Source of the DNA: Pseudomonadota bacterium
Lineage (GTDB): Bacteria; Bdellovibrionota_B; Oligoflexia; Oligoflexales; CAIMVM01
Length of the DNA stretch: 16,557 bases
Direction of reading: 5' to 3'
Assembly (NCBI GenBank): GCA_037142195.1
Contig: JBAXBA010000080.1
Span: forward strand, 1 to 16,557
Positions 7,317-15,912 of this stretch are shown here, piece by piece. The position numbers and the translations under genes were made by a program. Below the pieces are notes generated by a model. The model ran no database searches and had not been told where the DNA came from. It saw nothing but the letters and a program-made list of their open reading frames with translations. Position 1 is the stretch's first letter; each line of letters opens with the position of its first letter.

Positions 7317-8219
7317 TCAAAGACTTTTATATTCATGGAGTAGGTCTTCAAAAGAGATAGATTCTTCGCGAAGCCAAAGTCCACTTAGATAGGCAGCTTT
7401 TCCCATAATTTGCTCCGAAGTTAAGCCTTTTCTTACCCAATCTTGAATCGACTCAGACAGATCTCGTTTTGAAAGTTTTTCGCCATTTTCTGCATAGACG
7501 AGAGGGTGATGAAAGGCCTTAGGGTAAGTCGCATTACCTATCATCTCATGAAGTCTCAGTTGTCTTCCGGTGGACTCCAAGAGATCTGCACCTCTGATAA
7601 TGAAATCTATGTTTTCGATGTAGTCGTCGACAACCACGGAAAATTGGTAGGTGTAATTTTGGTTTTTCTCGCGAAGGAGGAGATCGCCGCATTGCTGCTT
7701 GGGATTGTGTGTAAACTCGCCAAGCCTGCAGTCCCAAAATGTTATGGGTTCAGGATCCCAAAGAAGCCGCAGCGCTCCCGATGTTAACCCCCTATGTCGA
7801 CAAAAGCCATCGTAAGCTAATTCTGAACTACTTGATGGGGAACCCATTCGGGTTTCTATTGTCTTTCGTGAGCAGTCACAGGAGTAGGTTTGTAGAAGGG
7901 GAAGCAGGTCATTATATCTTTCTAGATGTTGAGATTGGATATAGGGAGACATCGCCATATTATTACCGTGATCGGGCACGAGCTTAAGGAAATTTAAATC
8001 TTCAAAAATCTGTGCGGTAAAATGGGGTCTCATTCTGCTCTGATCGTGGTCCTCAATTCTAAGGACTATTTCTGCACCTTTAACTCTGGCAATGAGCCAG
8101 ACAAAAAGAGCGCTTGTGACATGTCCTAAATGAAGAAAACCAGTAGGAGACGGTGCAAAGCGAGTTCTAGAAAAACTAGGCAAGCGGTGTATGAGTGCCT
8201 TTAAATCTTGGTTTATCAA
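7317..8219 (-). CDS. gluQ: Glutamyl-Q tRNA(Asp) synthetase (GluRS paralog without anticodon-binding domain)
   Basis: TRFAPSPTGFLHLGH (HIGH), LRIEDHD, Zn-binding CDCSR...YDGFC, YQFSVVVDD, IRGADL, KLSKR (KMSKS); only 300 aa. Confidence 0.85.
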   Translation of the reverse strand: MINQDLKALIHRLPSFSRTRFAPSPTGFLHLGHVTSALFVWLIARVKGAEIVLRIEDHDQSRMRPHFTAQIFEDLNFLKLVPDHGNNMAMSPYIQSQHLERYNDLLPLLQTYSCDCSRKTIETRMGSPSSSSELAYDGFCRHRGLTSGALRLLWDPEPITFWDCRLGEFTHNPKQQCGDLLLREKNQNYTYQFSVVVDDYIENIDFIIRGADLLESTGRQLRLHEMIGNATYPKAFHHPLVYAENGEKLSKRDLSESIQDWVRKGLTSEQIMGKAAYLSGLWLREESISFEDLLHEYKSL

Positions 8220-8285
8220 AAATCGCCCTTACAATGAACCATAAGTCATTATAAAATGTTAATATGCAGGTTTCCAGGAGATTTT

Positions 8286-9095
8286 TTGAAAGAATCAAGA
8301 CCAAAACTAGCTTTTTTTGACTCTGGAGTCGGTGGCATTTCTATTCTAGATGAAGTTATGGCCAGAGTGTCCGCATGCGATGTAGTCTATGTCGCCGACT
8401 CGGCAAAGTACCCTTATGGTTCCTTACCTGAGTCGGAAATTATTTTCAGAGTGACCCGCATTGCTGCGGAGCTTTACAAAAATTTTCCCTTTGATTGCTT
8501 TGTCGTAGCCTGCAATACAGCTAGCACAGTAGTGCTTCCCGGTCTTCGTTCCCTTTTCCCCCATTCCATTGTGGGGGTTGTTCCTGCAATTAAGCCTGCG
8601 GCAGAACTGACTAAGACGGGAGTTATTGGTCTTTTGGCGACTCCAGGTACTATTGTTCGGCCTTATACAGATGAATTAGTGGCAACCTTTGCCTCTCAAA
8701 AAAAAGTCCTGCGCCTAGGCTCGGCTAAGTTAGTGGATGTTGCGGAGAAGAAAATGCGAACGGGCAAGGTGGACCTGTCTGAGATAGAAGCGGAACTCAA
8801 ACCATTTTTGCAGCAAACAGAGCTTGATGTCGTGGTTCTGGCCTGTACGCATTTCCCATTGTTAGAAGCAGAATTTCGCATAGTTTTAGGCGAAAAGGTA
8901 ACCCTGATTAGCTCAGGCCAAGCTGTGGCGCAGAGGGTTCTAACGCTTCTCGGGGCGAAAAATCGACACAACGATTCTCACCTCTCAACAATCACCTATA
9001 TATCCACATCAGATTCAGGTTCCCATGAAAACGTAAGAACCTATCTGTCGAAATGGGGGATTGTAAATTCTAAGATAGATAGTTTTGGCTTGTAA
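8286..9095 (+). CDS. murI: Glutamate racemase
   Basis: FDSGVGG, PYG, catalytic VACNTAS and LACTHFP, GVVPAIKPA. Start placed at TTG 8286 after CAGGAG; the ORF track starts at 8256. Confidence 0.95.
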   Translation: MKESRPKLAFFDSGVGGISILDEVMARVSACDVVYVADSAKYPYGSLPESEIIFRVTRIAAELYKNFPFDCFVVACNTASTVVLPGLRSLFPHSIVGVVPAIKPAAELTKTGVIGLLATPGTIVRPYTDELVATFASQKKVLRLGSAKLVDVAEKKMRTGKVDLSEIEAELKPFLQQTELDVVVLACTHFPLLEAEFRIVLGEKVTLISSGQAVAQRVLTLLGAKNRHNDSHLSTITYISTSDSGSHENVRTYLSKWGIVNSKIDSFGL

Positions 9096-9143
9096 TCTAG
9101 CATCATTTTTTTACTTGCGAATGGAAAGATCTTACGCACTATT

Positions 9144-10643
9144 TTAGTGGGCAGAAATCTTTTTTCCTGCACTATCTGGCCAAGATGGGGCCAGGATGAT
9201 GCCTGAGGACGTGGGTGTAAAGAGATAGATAGGCCAACGGGCAGATCTGCCTTCCTTAAATGCAATTTGACTTGGAAATCCCGTCTGATCGATAGGGCGT
9301 TCGAGAAGTTGCTTCGGCCAGATTCGATGTCTTGAATCGGGAAATTCCAATACTCTCTGGGCAATGCCGCCAGCTCGGTAACCTAGGAGCCTAGAGTCAA
9401 TTTGCGAGGCTAATAGCCCGCTTAAAAAAAGAGGATTTTTGGGCTCAACATCAACTTTGAACGGCAAATTCAAATAAGAGCCAATAAAGTCAACAAAGAA
9501 GCTTTGACTAAGAAATTGGTCCCAGGGCGAAGCGAGATTGGGGCTTCGCCACAGATGATTTCCTGCAAGTTTAACTTGTGTCACTCCATGAAAACGTAGG
9601 ATTTTCAGGATGTGCCGAACCATTTTAAAATCATCCGGAACAAAAAGATAATCAAAATCTTGAATCGGAGGCAGTCTGATAGATTCTAAATTTAAAGGAA
9701 CTTGTTCCAGGTCAGCCTCAGTTTGTTTTTTTTCAACGAGATCTCGATACTCTTGTTCACGACCTTTAGTGCTAATTTTCAACAGTTGCTGAATAGCTGA
9801 GTCTAATGACTGAAAATTACGCGGCTTATAGGTAATAAGTGCGGAGACAGATATATCCTTAATAGCGGCCTTCGATTGTATGTCGTTTATGGTTTCTGTG
9901 GCAGTCTCAGGTGCCAAAACAGCGATGCGCTTAGCCTGAGCTCGAGAAAGCCCCTCAAGCACGCCGTCAACCAAGATGTCCGGTCCCGGGGCAATTCTAA
10001 AGAGCCAAGGATTGGTGCCAGGCGAGGTATCTCCAATACCTAGCAGAAGAACCATTAGGCCTTTGGTATACTTTTCAATGGATTCCATTTCAAATTGAGA
10101 GCTCCCGCCAATTAACATGCCCACTCGATCCACGAAAATAAGATCCGCCAACTGCTCGAGAATCTGTTCTTTGGTCTTTCCGTGACGCCTAACTAAGAAT
10201 TTCTTGTTGAAGTCTAAGGGACCGGTTGAGAGCTTGATTCCCTCGATGACCTGTTCAAAGGAAGCTGTAGATTCGCCGGTAGGTCCCAAAACACCGATCC
10301 TTGGCGACTGAGTCTCCAAAAGCTCTAGTCCTACTTGGACGATCGCCGACTGACCAGCGCCTCCACAGGAAAGTCCAGAACTTTGCGAGATTTTTCTGGC
10401 GAGAGGAGATTCAGAAGCTTTTCGCGAGTAGGAATAGAGTTCCTTGGCTAATTGAAATGTATACTGAAGAATTTTATCACAGGCTTCTCTTTCGCGACTT
10501 GCAACGGCACTTGCGGGTTTCTTTTCTTCTCCTTGAGTAGGATTTTCGAGAGCAAATAAAGAACTTCCAAAGGATGAAAGTGTGAGAATGGAAAGTATCG
10601 GATAGAATATCAACTTTCGAAAATCAGCAGAGCTATATATCAT
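9144..10643 (-). CDS. Exported type I periplasmic-binding-fold protein, LppC/LpoA-like (putative PBP activator)
   Basis: Signal peptide without lipobox; RIGVLGP.G, RIAVLAP, and PIQDFDYLFVPD...LAGNHLWRSP resemble deltaproteobacterial LppC-like proteins; ATGA overlap with the PBP stop codon. Confidence 0.65.
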   Translation of the reverse strand: MIYSSADFRKLIFYPILSILTLSSFGSSLFALENPTQGEEKKPASAVASREREACDKILQYTFQLAKELYSYSRKASESPLARKISQSSGLSCGGAGQSAIVQVGLELLETQSPRIGVLGPTGESTASFEQVIEGIKLSTGPLDFNKKFLVRRHGKTKEQILEQLADLIFVDRVGMLIGGSSQFEMESIEKYTKGLMVLLLGIGDTSPGTNPWLFRIAPGPDILVDGVLEGLSRAQAKRIAVLAPETATETINDIQSKAAIKDISVSALITYKPRNFQSLDSAIQQLLKISTKGREQEYRDLVEKKQTEADLEQVPLNLESIRLPPIQDFDYLFVPDDFKMVRHILKILRFHGVTQVKLAGNHLWRSPNLASPWDQFLSQSFFVDFIGSYLNLPFKVDVEPKNPLFLSGLLASQIDSRLLGYRAGGIAQRVLEFPDSRHRIWPKQLLERPIDQTGFPSQIAFKEGRSARWPIYLFTPTSSGIILAPSWPDSAGKKISAH

Positions 10644-12805
10644 TTGTAGCCAACTCCTCTTGCAAATCCATCGCTTCTACTAAGAGACTCCAGATCTTCT
10701 CGATTGACGTCTGGTTTATCATTTTCCCGAAACCACATTTCAATTCCGTTTTTGGAAATATTGCCAAATTCAGGGTGGACAAAAAGAGAATACATGCCTC
10801 GGGGTGGTTCTTTAAGGAGGGGGCTATTCAACTCTGGGGTCAGCTCCATAAAGCTTATCCAAATCGGTAAGGCAAGTGTTGCTCCTTGGGCGTCGCCAGG
10901 GATTGCTGTGGGTTCATCAGCCCCTACCCAAGAAATCGCGACGCTTGAACCGGTGAGCCCAGCGAACCAATTGTCTTTAGAGTCGTTGGTGGTACCGGTT
11001 TTACCTCCAGCGAAGTCGGAAAATTTTGAAGCTCGGCTAGCGGTGCCGATTTGTAAAACCTTTTTAAATGCCTGTGCGATCTGGAACGAATTTTCTAAAG
11101 AAATCGATTTGGTGGACCGCATTTCGACAGGAGGAGCCTCGTATAGAGTCGCTCCACTGCGATCGCTAATTTTACTGATCGCAATCGGTTCGATGTTGGT
11201 TCCTCCATTTGCGAAGGTAGAATACACGCGAGCGAGCTCAAGCATATTGACTTCAGATTGACCTAAAGCTGAGCCAAACTCGCGCTTTATAGGTGAGGAA
11301 ATCCCTAATGAATTGGCATGAGCAATAATTCTTTCCATGCCTAATTTTTCAGAAATTTCGATGGTGGGCGCATTCATAGAGCGATAGAAGGCTCGAAGCA
11401 TAGTCGTTTCTGAAAGATAGTCAGAACTAATATTGCGAGGACGATAGTCTCCTGAGACGTTAATGGGCGATACATAGAATACATCGCTCCATTTGAACCC
11501 TGATTCCAAAGCCAAAGAGTATATGATTGGTTTAAATAGGCTGCCGGGAGAACGCATGGACTGTATCGTTCGATTGAAGTCAGACTCTGCATTGCGACTG
11601 CCAATCATCGCTTGAATTTCGCCATTCTCCGGATTGACAACTAGAAACGCGGCCTCTAGCTGCTTGTTGGGGTTGGAATCCCCAAAGGCTGCTCGCGAAG
11701 CGATTTTGAGAGCAGCATCTTGATCCTGGACCGCCTGTAAAGCATTTTCCTGCAAATGTGGGTCAAGAGTGGTTTTAATGACATAACCTTGATTTTTCAA
11801 ATGGGAAGTCTTAAGGAGTCTTTTAGCTTCATTTACTACGAAATTTGAAAACCAACGATTTGCGCCTACTTTTAGCCCATTCCAAGGAACAATTTGAATT
11901 TCGATTTCTTCAATCGATCGTTTATCTTCTAGGTCTAGTTTTCCACTATTAACTAACGCATTCAAAACCTGCTTTTGTCTCACTAACGCTCCCCGCAAGT
12001 TCTTTTCAGGATTAAAAGCGGAGGGAGACTGAAATAAGCCAGCTATTAACGCTAGCTCGGCTTTATTGAGCTGCCCAAGCTCTTTGTCAAAGTATCGTTT
12101 AGCCGCAGAACCTACACCGTAGCTGCCATTGCCAAGAAACAGGTGGTTCAAGTAGATTTCAAGTATCTTTTCTTTAGAAATTCTTTTCTCCAGCTGATAG
12201 GCAAGATAGACTTCCTTTACCTTTCTAGCGATGGTTTTTTCTTTGCTTAAAGTAAACTGCCGAACCACTTGTTGAGTGATGGTGCTGGCACCCTGGTTCA
12301 GTTTTGAGTTTTTTAATACATAGGAAGACGCCGCCCGCAGAATGCCTTTGGGATCATAGCCCTTATGACTAAAGAATCTCCGATCCTCAATGGCAACGAG
12401 AGAGTCAATTAGAAACTTAGGCATTTCTTCATAGGGGATATATTTATGAAAAGTATAGAACTCTTCAGATATTATGTTTCCGTTTCGATCCAAAATCAAA
12501 GTGTTGTCCGACGGGGACCAAGTAACAATCTGATCTAGTCCTGCCTCAGAAGCTTCCAAATTCAGAGAAGAAACAAATTCATTTCCAATGAAAAGACCAA
12601 CTGCGGCGGCAATTCCTGCAAGTGTTAGTGCCACACGCCAGATGCGAAAGCTGGTTTTTTTTCCTGGTTTCTCGTTCCTACTGGATCCATGACGAGAGTT
12701 GTAGCTTCTTGAATCAGGGGGCTTTTCCATATAATCATTTTTAAGTCTTCCCAGAATGGCTGAGATGACTGATGGCGACGGGGTTGTTTTTTTATCTTTA
12801 TTCAT
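10640..12805 (-). CDS. Class A penicillin-binding protein (PBP1A family, transglycosylase-transpeptidase)
   Basis: One N-terminal TM helix; GT51 motifs EDRRFFSHKG, GASTITQQ, RKVKE, KEKILEIYLN, ELALIAGL; transpeptidase motifs SLFK (SxxK), SMN (SxN), KTGT. Confidence 0.95.
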   Translation of the reverse strand: MNKDKKTTPSPSVISAILGRLKNDYMEKPPDSRSYNSRHGSSRNEKPGKKTSFRIWRVALTLAGIAAAVGLFIGNEFVSSLNLEASEAGLDQIVTWSPSDNTLILDRNGNIISEEFYTFHKYIPYEEMPKFLIDSLVAIEDRRFFSHKGYDPKGILRAASSYVLKNSKLNQGASTITQQVVRQFTLSKEKTIARKVKEVYLAYQLEKRISKEKILEIYLNHLFLGNGSYGVGSAAKRYFDKELGQLNKAELALIAGLFQSPSAFNPEKNLRGALVRQKQVLNALVNSGKLDLEDKRSIEEIEIQIVPWNGLKVGANRWFSNFVVNEAKRLLKTSHLKNQGYVIKTTLDPHLQENALQAVQDQDAALKIASRAAFGDSNPNKQLEAAFLVVNPENGEIQAMIGSRNAESDFNRTIQSMRSPGSLFKPIIYSLALESGFKWSDVFYVSPINVSGDYRPRNISSDYLSETTMLRAFYRSMNAPTIEISEKLGMERIIAHANSLGISSPIKREFGSALGQSEVNMLELARVYSTFANGGTNIEPIAISKISDRSGATLYEAPPVEMRSTKSISLENSFQIAQAFKKVLQIGTASRASKFSDFAGGKTGTTNDSKDNWFAGLTGSSVAISWVGADEPTAIPGDAQGATLALPIWISFMELTPELNSPLLKEPPRGMYSLFVHPEFGNISKNGIEMWFRENDKPDVNREDLESLSRSDGFARGVGYK

Positions 12806-12978
12806 AAGTAGAGACTATTTTAGCGAATATCCATCGACGTCGTTTGGGCAAGAAGTTCCCTGCGGCATTGGTGCTCTATGAGAAGCTTTCATGAGATTTG
12901 ACCACATATTCGGCGATGAAATTGTCTTCATCTGCTTAGCGCTTGAATTCACTGACACTTGCGGCTCTGAGAAAGAAT

Positions 12979-13024
12979 GGACGACACTTGGGACGACACT
13001 TGGGACACTTGGGACACTTGGGAC
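12979..13024. repeat. Short tandem repeat (VNTR-like): 2 x GGACGACACTTG + 2 x GGACACTTG + GGAC
   Basis: Read directly from the sequence; an additional isolated GACACTTG lies at 12954-12961. Confidence 0.9.
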
Positions 13025-13131
13025 TCGGTTCGAAATAGAAGACTTAAGCAAAGTCGAAGCAGATCTGTAGAGCCGGTATGTAATTGAAAATAATGAGTAA
13101 ATTGGTCTGATTTTCCAATCAATTTATGAGT

Positions 13132-13159
13132 TGAAGTTTTGTCGTCAGGATGCCGATAC
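13132..13159 (+). promoter_or_regulatory. Sigma28 (FliA)-like promoter upstream of the lipoprotein gene
   Basis: TGAAGTTT-N12-GCCGATAC, compared with the extended consensus TAAAGTTT-N11-GCCGATAA. Confidence 0.45.
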
Positions 13160-13259
13160 ACATTATCATTGCCCTTTGGGATTCTTGAGGAATCTATCTT
13201 GTGCGAGCCGAAGGTAGCTAAAAACAATGTTGATGCCCATTGCATTTAGAGGAGAAAAA

Positions 13260-14033
13260 ATGTTGAATTGGAACTTCTTTTGGGTTTTTTTGCTAGTTTC
13301 TTGCAATCCCCTTGGCGGCTCTTCTTTGGAAAGGTCCAATTTTGAAACCGAAAGACCTAATCAACCTCCCCCTAAAGTACCTGTTCCTGCTGCTCCTCAA
13401 GAAAGCAAAGCTAGTTCAGGAGATGCCACAGCCATTGGTGCCGCAGATTTTGCTAAACTTTGTGCTACTGGAATTAAAAAAAGCAGGTTGATTGTGGTAG
13501 ATATTCCCGCCAACACCGGGTCCAAATGTCCCTTTGGACAAGGGGATAATTTGGGGATGATAGATGGGAAAATTACTGCCAGGATAGAAAAAGATTTTCC
13601 TTTAGATATTCCGAAATCGCATAAGATTTGCTCGATGAAAGCAGAGGCATCCAAGCAGCTCATGCGTTACGATGACCATCTTTTTTTGACGTTGAACAAG
13701 AATGTGCTATTAGCCTCGACTACGGAAGTTAATCGTTTAGTAGATGGTGCTAATGGGTTTAAGCAGTATGATTGGAGCAAAATTAAAGGCGGTGAAATTT
13801 CAGATTCTCCGAGTTATTGCGGGCCAGGTATATTATGCGCCTTGCCTCGAACTCAGGTTGAAGGTGATTTTGTCTTTTCAATTTCTGACGCCGCGAGTCC
13901 CAAGTTGTTTGCGCCTTTAGTTGACTCAGACCTTAAATTTGGTCTCATTCTGACAGGGGATAACGATCCAGACACTGACTGCCAATTGAATAATTCACTT
14001 AAATTTTCTGTGGTTTATGAATATGTCGAGTAA
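13260..14033 (+). CDS. Hypothetical Cys-rich lipoprotein (257 aa)
   Basis: ATG 13260 after SD AGAGGAG; lipobox-like LVSC at Cys15; Pro-rich linker (QPPPKVPVPAAP); six further Cys in the globular part. The ORF track starts at 13227. Confidence 0.8.
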   Translation: MLNWNFFWVFLLVSCNPLGGSSLERSNFETERPNQPPPKVPVPAAPQESKASSGDATAIGAADFAKLCATGIKKSRLIVVDIPANTGSKCPFGQGDNLGMIDGKITARIEKDFPLDIPKSHKICSMKAEASKQLMRYDDHLFLTLNKNVLLASTTEVNRLVDGANGFKQYDWSKIKGGEISDSPSYCGPGILCALPRTQVEGDFVFSISDAASPKLFAPLVDSDLKFGLILTGDNDPDTDCQLNNSLKFSVVYEYVE

Positions 14034-14143
14034 CTTCATGGACTCCACTAAACCCGGGAAAGATGAAGGCATAAATATGCTTGGTGGTAGGTAGTTTGAA
14101 TGCAGTCACCCGCCTTCCAGCTGCTATTCTTCGGCACTTTTAG

Positions 14144-14179
14144 AAAAAAAGCCCAATCCATATATATGAAGATTGGGCT
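14144..14179 (-). terminator. Rho-independent terminator of pyk
   Basis: AGCCCAATC (14150-14158) / GATTGGGCT (14171-14179) stem with a 7-nt T run on the minus strand. Confidence 0.8.
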
Positions 14180-14215
14180 CAAGGGTTTCTCAAACAAAAA
14201 ACAGTCCCACAGGGA

Positions 14216-15724
14216 TTAAGGGATACGATTAATTTTCACCATATTGGTGGGCTTCATTTGATTGATGGGAATACCTGCTGTGATTACTATCATATCGCCA
14301 GATTTTACAATTCCAAGCGATTTGAAAAGATTGGGAAGGTCCTGAAGTAGCACATCGGTATTATAAAATAGTGGATTTTGCATTCCATAGACACCACGAA
14401 CAATGCCGAGTCTTTGTACTGCATCTTTTCTTGGACTAACCGCAATAATAGGTGTGTGTGGACGCCATTTTGCAATCGACCTAGCGATAGACCCAGTAAG
14501 TGTGAGGCAAACAATAGCTTTGGCATTTAAGGAGTCCGCCGCTTCACAAGCTGCGATGGCGATGGCTTCGTTATCTTCCCAGCTTACATCGGTGGACCAA
14601 GGAACATCGCTCTTGTATTTTGGTGGCTGCGTCTTCGTCCAAGCTTCCACGTTTCTGATAATCGCATCCATGGTGACAACGCTTTCCACAGGATACTTAC
14701 CCGCGGCAACTTCTCCGGAAAGCATAAGGCAATCTGCTCCCTCTAAAACGCCATTGGCTACGTCAGCCATTTCAGCAAAAGAAGCGCGAGGATTTCCAAT
14801 CATACTTTCGAGCATTTGGGTAGCTACAATCACCGGTTTTGCATGTCTATGAGCAGCCTCGACAATTTTATGTTGATAGGTTGGAACTCTTTCGACTCGT
14901 CCTTCAACCCCGAGGTCTCCCCGAGCGACCATAAGGCCATCAGCAATTTGAGCAATTTCATCAATTTGCTTCACTGCAGATACCTTTTCAATTTTTGCTA
15001 TAACGGGAATATCGGAACCTAGAGCTTGAATGATCTTTTTACACTGAGCTACATCGGCAGCTGTTTGAACAAAGGATAGAGCAATAACATCCACGCCATT
15101 TGCAATTCCGAACAAAAGATCTTTGGAATCTTTTTCCGTAAGTGCCGGTAGTGACAGAATAGAATCTGGGAAGTTCACACCTTTTCTGTTTTTAAGAATT
15201 CCACCTTCAACGACCTTCACCATTACAGCTTCTTTTTTAATTTCAACGACTTCAAGAATTAATAAGCCATCATCCATCATGACTTGCTCACCCACTTTTA
15301 CGTCGCGAACCAAATCTTTATAGTCGATAGGAATCACTTTGGGGTCGGTTTGTTCAATGCCAAAAATCAAAGAGTATATGTCGCCGTTCTTTAGTTCTAT
15401 GGCGCCGCCTATGAGTTTTCCTGCACGAATCTTTGGACCTTGTAAGTCTTGCAGGATCGTAATGGTTTGACCCGTGTCTTTAGAGATTCTTCTAAGCATC
15501 TCGATATTTTTGAGATGAGATTCATGCTCTCCGTGACTGAAGTTAAGGCGTGCAATATTAAGGCCGCTCTTTACGAGTTCGCGCATGGTCTCTTCATTGG
15601 ACGAAGATGGGCCAAGAGTTCCGATAATTTTGCATTGTCTAATCGTATGATTTGACATTTGAAATGGAGCCAGACCTTGAACAATGGCGCCCTGGCTGTC
15701 GTTACTCAATTGATTCATATTCAC
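14216..15724 (-). CDS. pyk: Pyruvate kinase
   Basis: KIIGTLGP, ARLNFSHG, DLQGPKIR, IAKIE, MVARGDLGVE, ATQMLESM, MLSGE. The start is GTG 15724 or ATG 15718. Confidence 0.97.
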   Translation of the reverse strand: MNMNQLSNDSQGAIVQGLAPFQMSNHTIRQCKIIGTLGPSSSNEETMRELVKSGLNIARLNFSHGEHESHLKNIEMLRRISKDTGQTITILQDLQGPKIRAGKLIGGAIELKNGDIYSLIFGIEQTDPKVIPIDYKDLVRDVKVGEQVMMDDGLLILEVVEIKKEAVMVKVVEGGILKNRKGVNFPDSILSLPALTEKDSKDLLFGIANGVDVIALSFVQTAADVAQCKKIIQALGSDIPVIAKIEKVSAVKQIDEIAQIADGLMVARGDLGVEGRVERVPTYQHKIVEAAHRHAKPVIVATQMLESMIGNPRASFAEMADVANGVLEGADCLMLSGEVAAGKYPVESVVTMDAIIRNVEAWTKTQPPKYKSDVPWSTDVSWEDNEAIAIAACEAADSLNAKAIVCLTLTGSIARSIAKWRPHTPIIAVSPRKDAVQRLGIVRGVYGMQNPLFYNTDVLLQDLPNLFKSLGIVKSGDMIVITAGIPINQMKPTNMVKINRIP

Positions 15725-15844
15725 CCCTATGGATTTGTCAAAGTGGCAGCAAAGGCCCTATACCCCTGTTTGTCGTTTTGGCAACCTTGATCGTCTAATA
15801 TAGTTAATTCATGGGGTTGGTGGCAAGCGATGCTCGCCGAATGT

Positions 15845-15872
15845 TAACTATTTTCCAAAGCCATGCCGAATA
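15845..15872 (+). promoter_or_regulatory. Possible sigma28-like promoter of the Ser/Thr kinase gene
   Basis: TAAC-N16-GCCGAATA, about 40 nt before the TTG start. Confidence 0.3.
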
Positions 15873-15912
15873 ACTAAGCAGAATCTTTGATTTGTGGTTA
15901 GGAAGGTAGGCT

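Noticed and set aside
7317..8219. Truncated gltX pseudogene
   Set aside because: Length, the CxC...YxxxC zinc motif and intact HIGH/KMSKS motifs fit GluQ, which naturally lacks the anticodon-binding domain.
12979..13024. CRISPR array or Cys-rich PKC-PKC-PKCR peptide in the third minus frame
   Set aside because: The units are 9-12 bp with no spacers and there are no cas genes. The PKC frame has no start codon after the upstream stop.
12949..13245. 98-aa minus-strand ORF
   Set aside because: No SD or motif; it runs antisense across the predicted promoter region of the lipoprotein gene.
1566..15655. Remaining short antisense or nested ORFs in the track (e.g. 1566-1886, 2705-3055, 5248-5526, 6574-6897, 10704-11261, 14403-14852)
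   Set aside because: They are shadow frames of well-supported genes, with no independent motifs or ribosome-binding sites.
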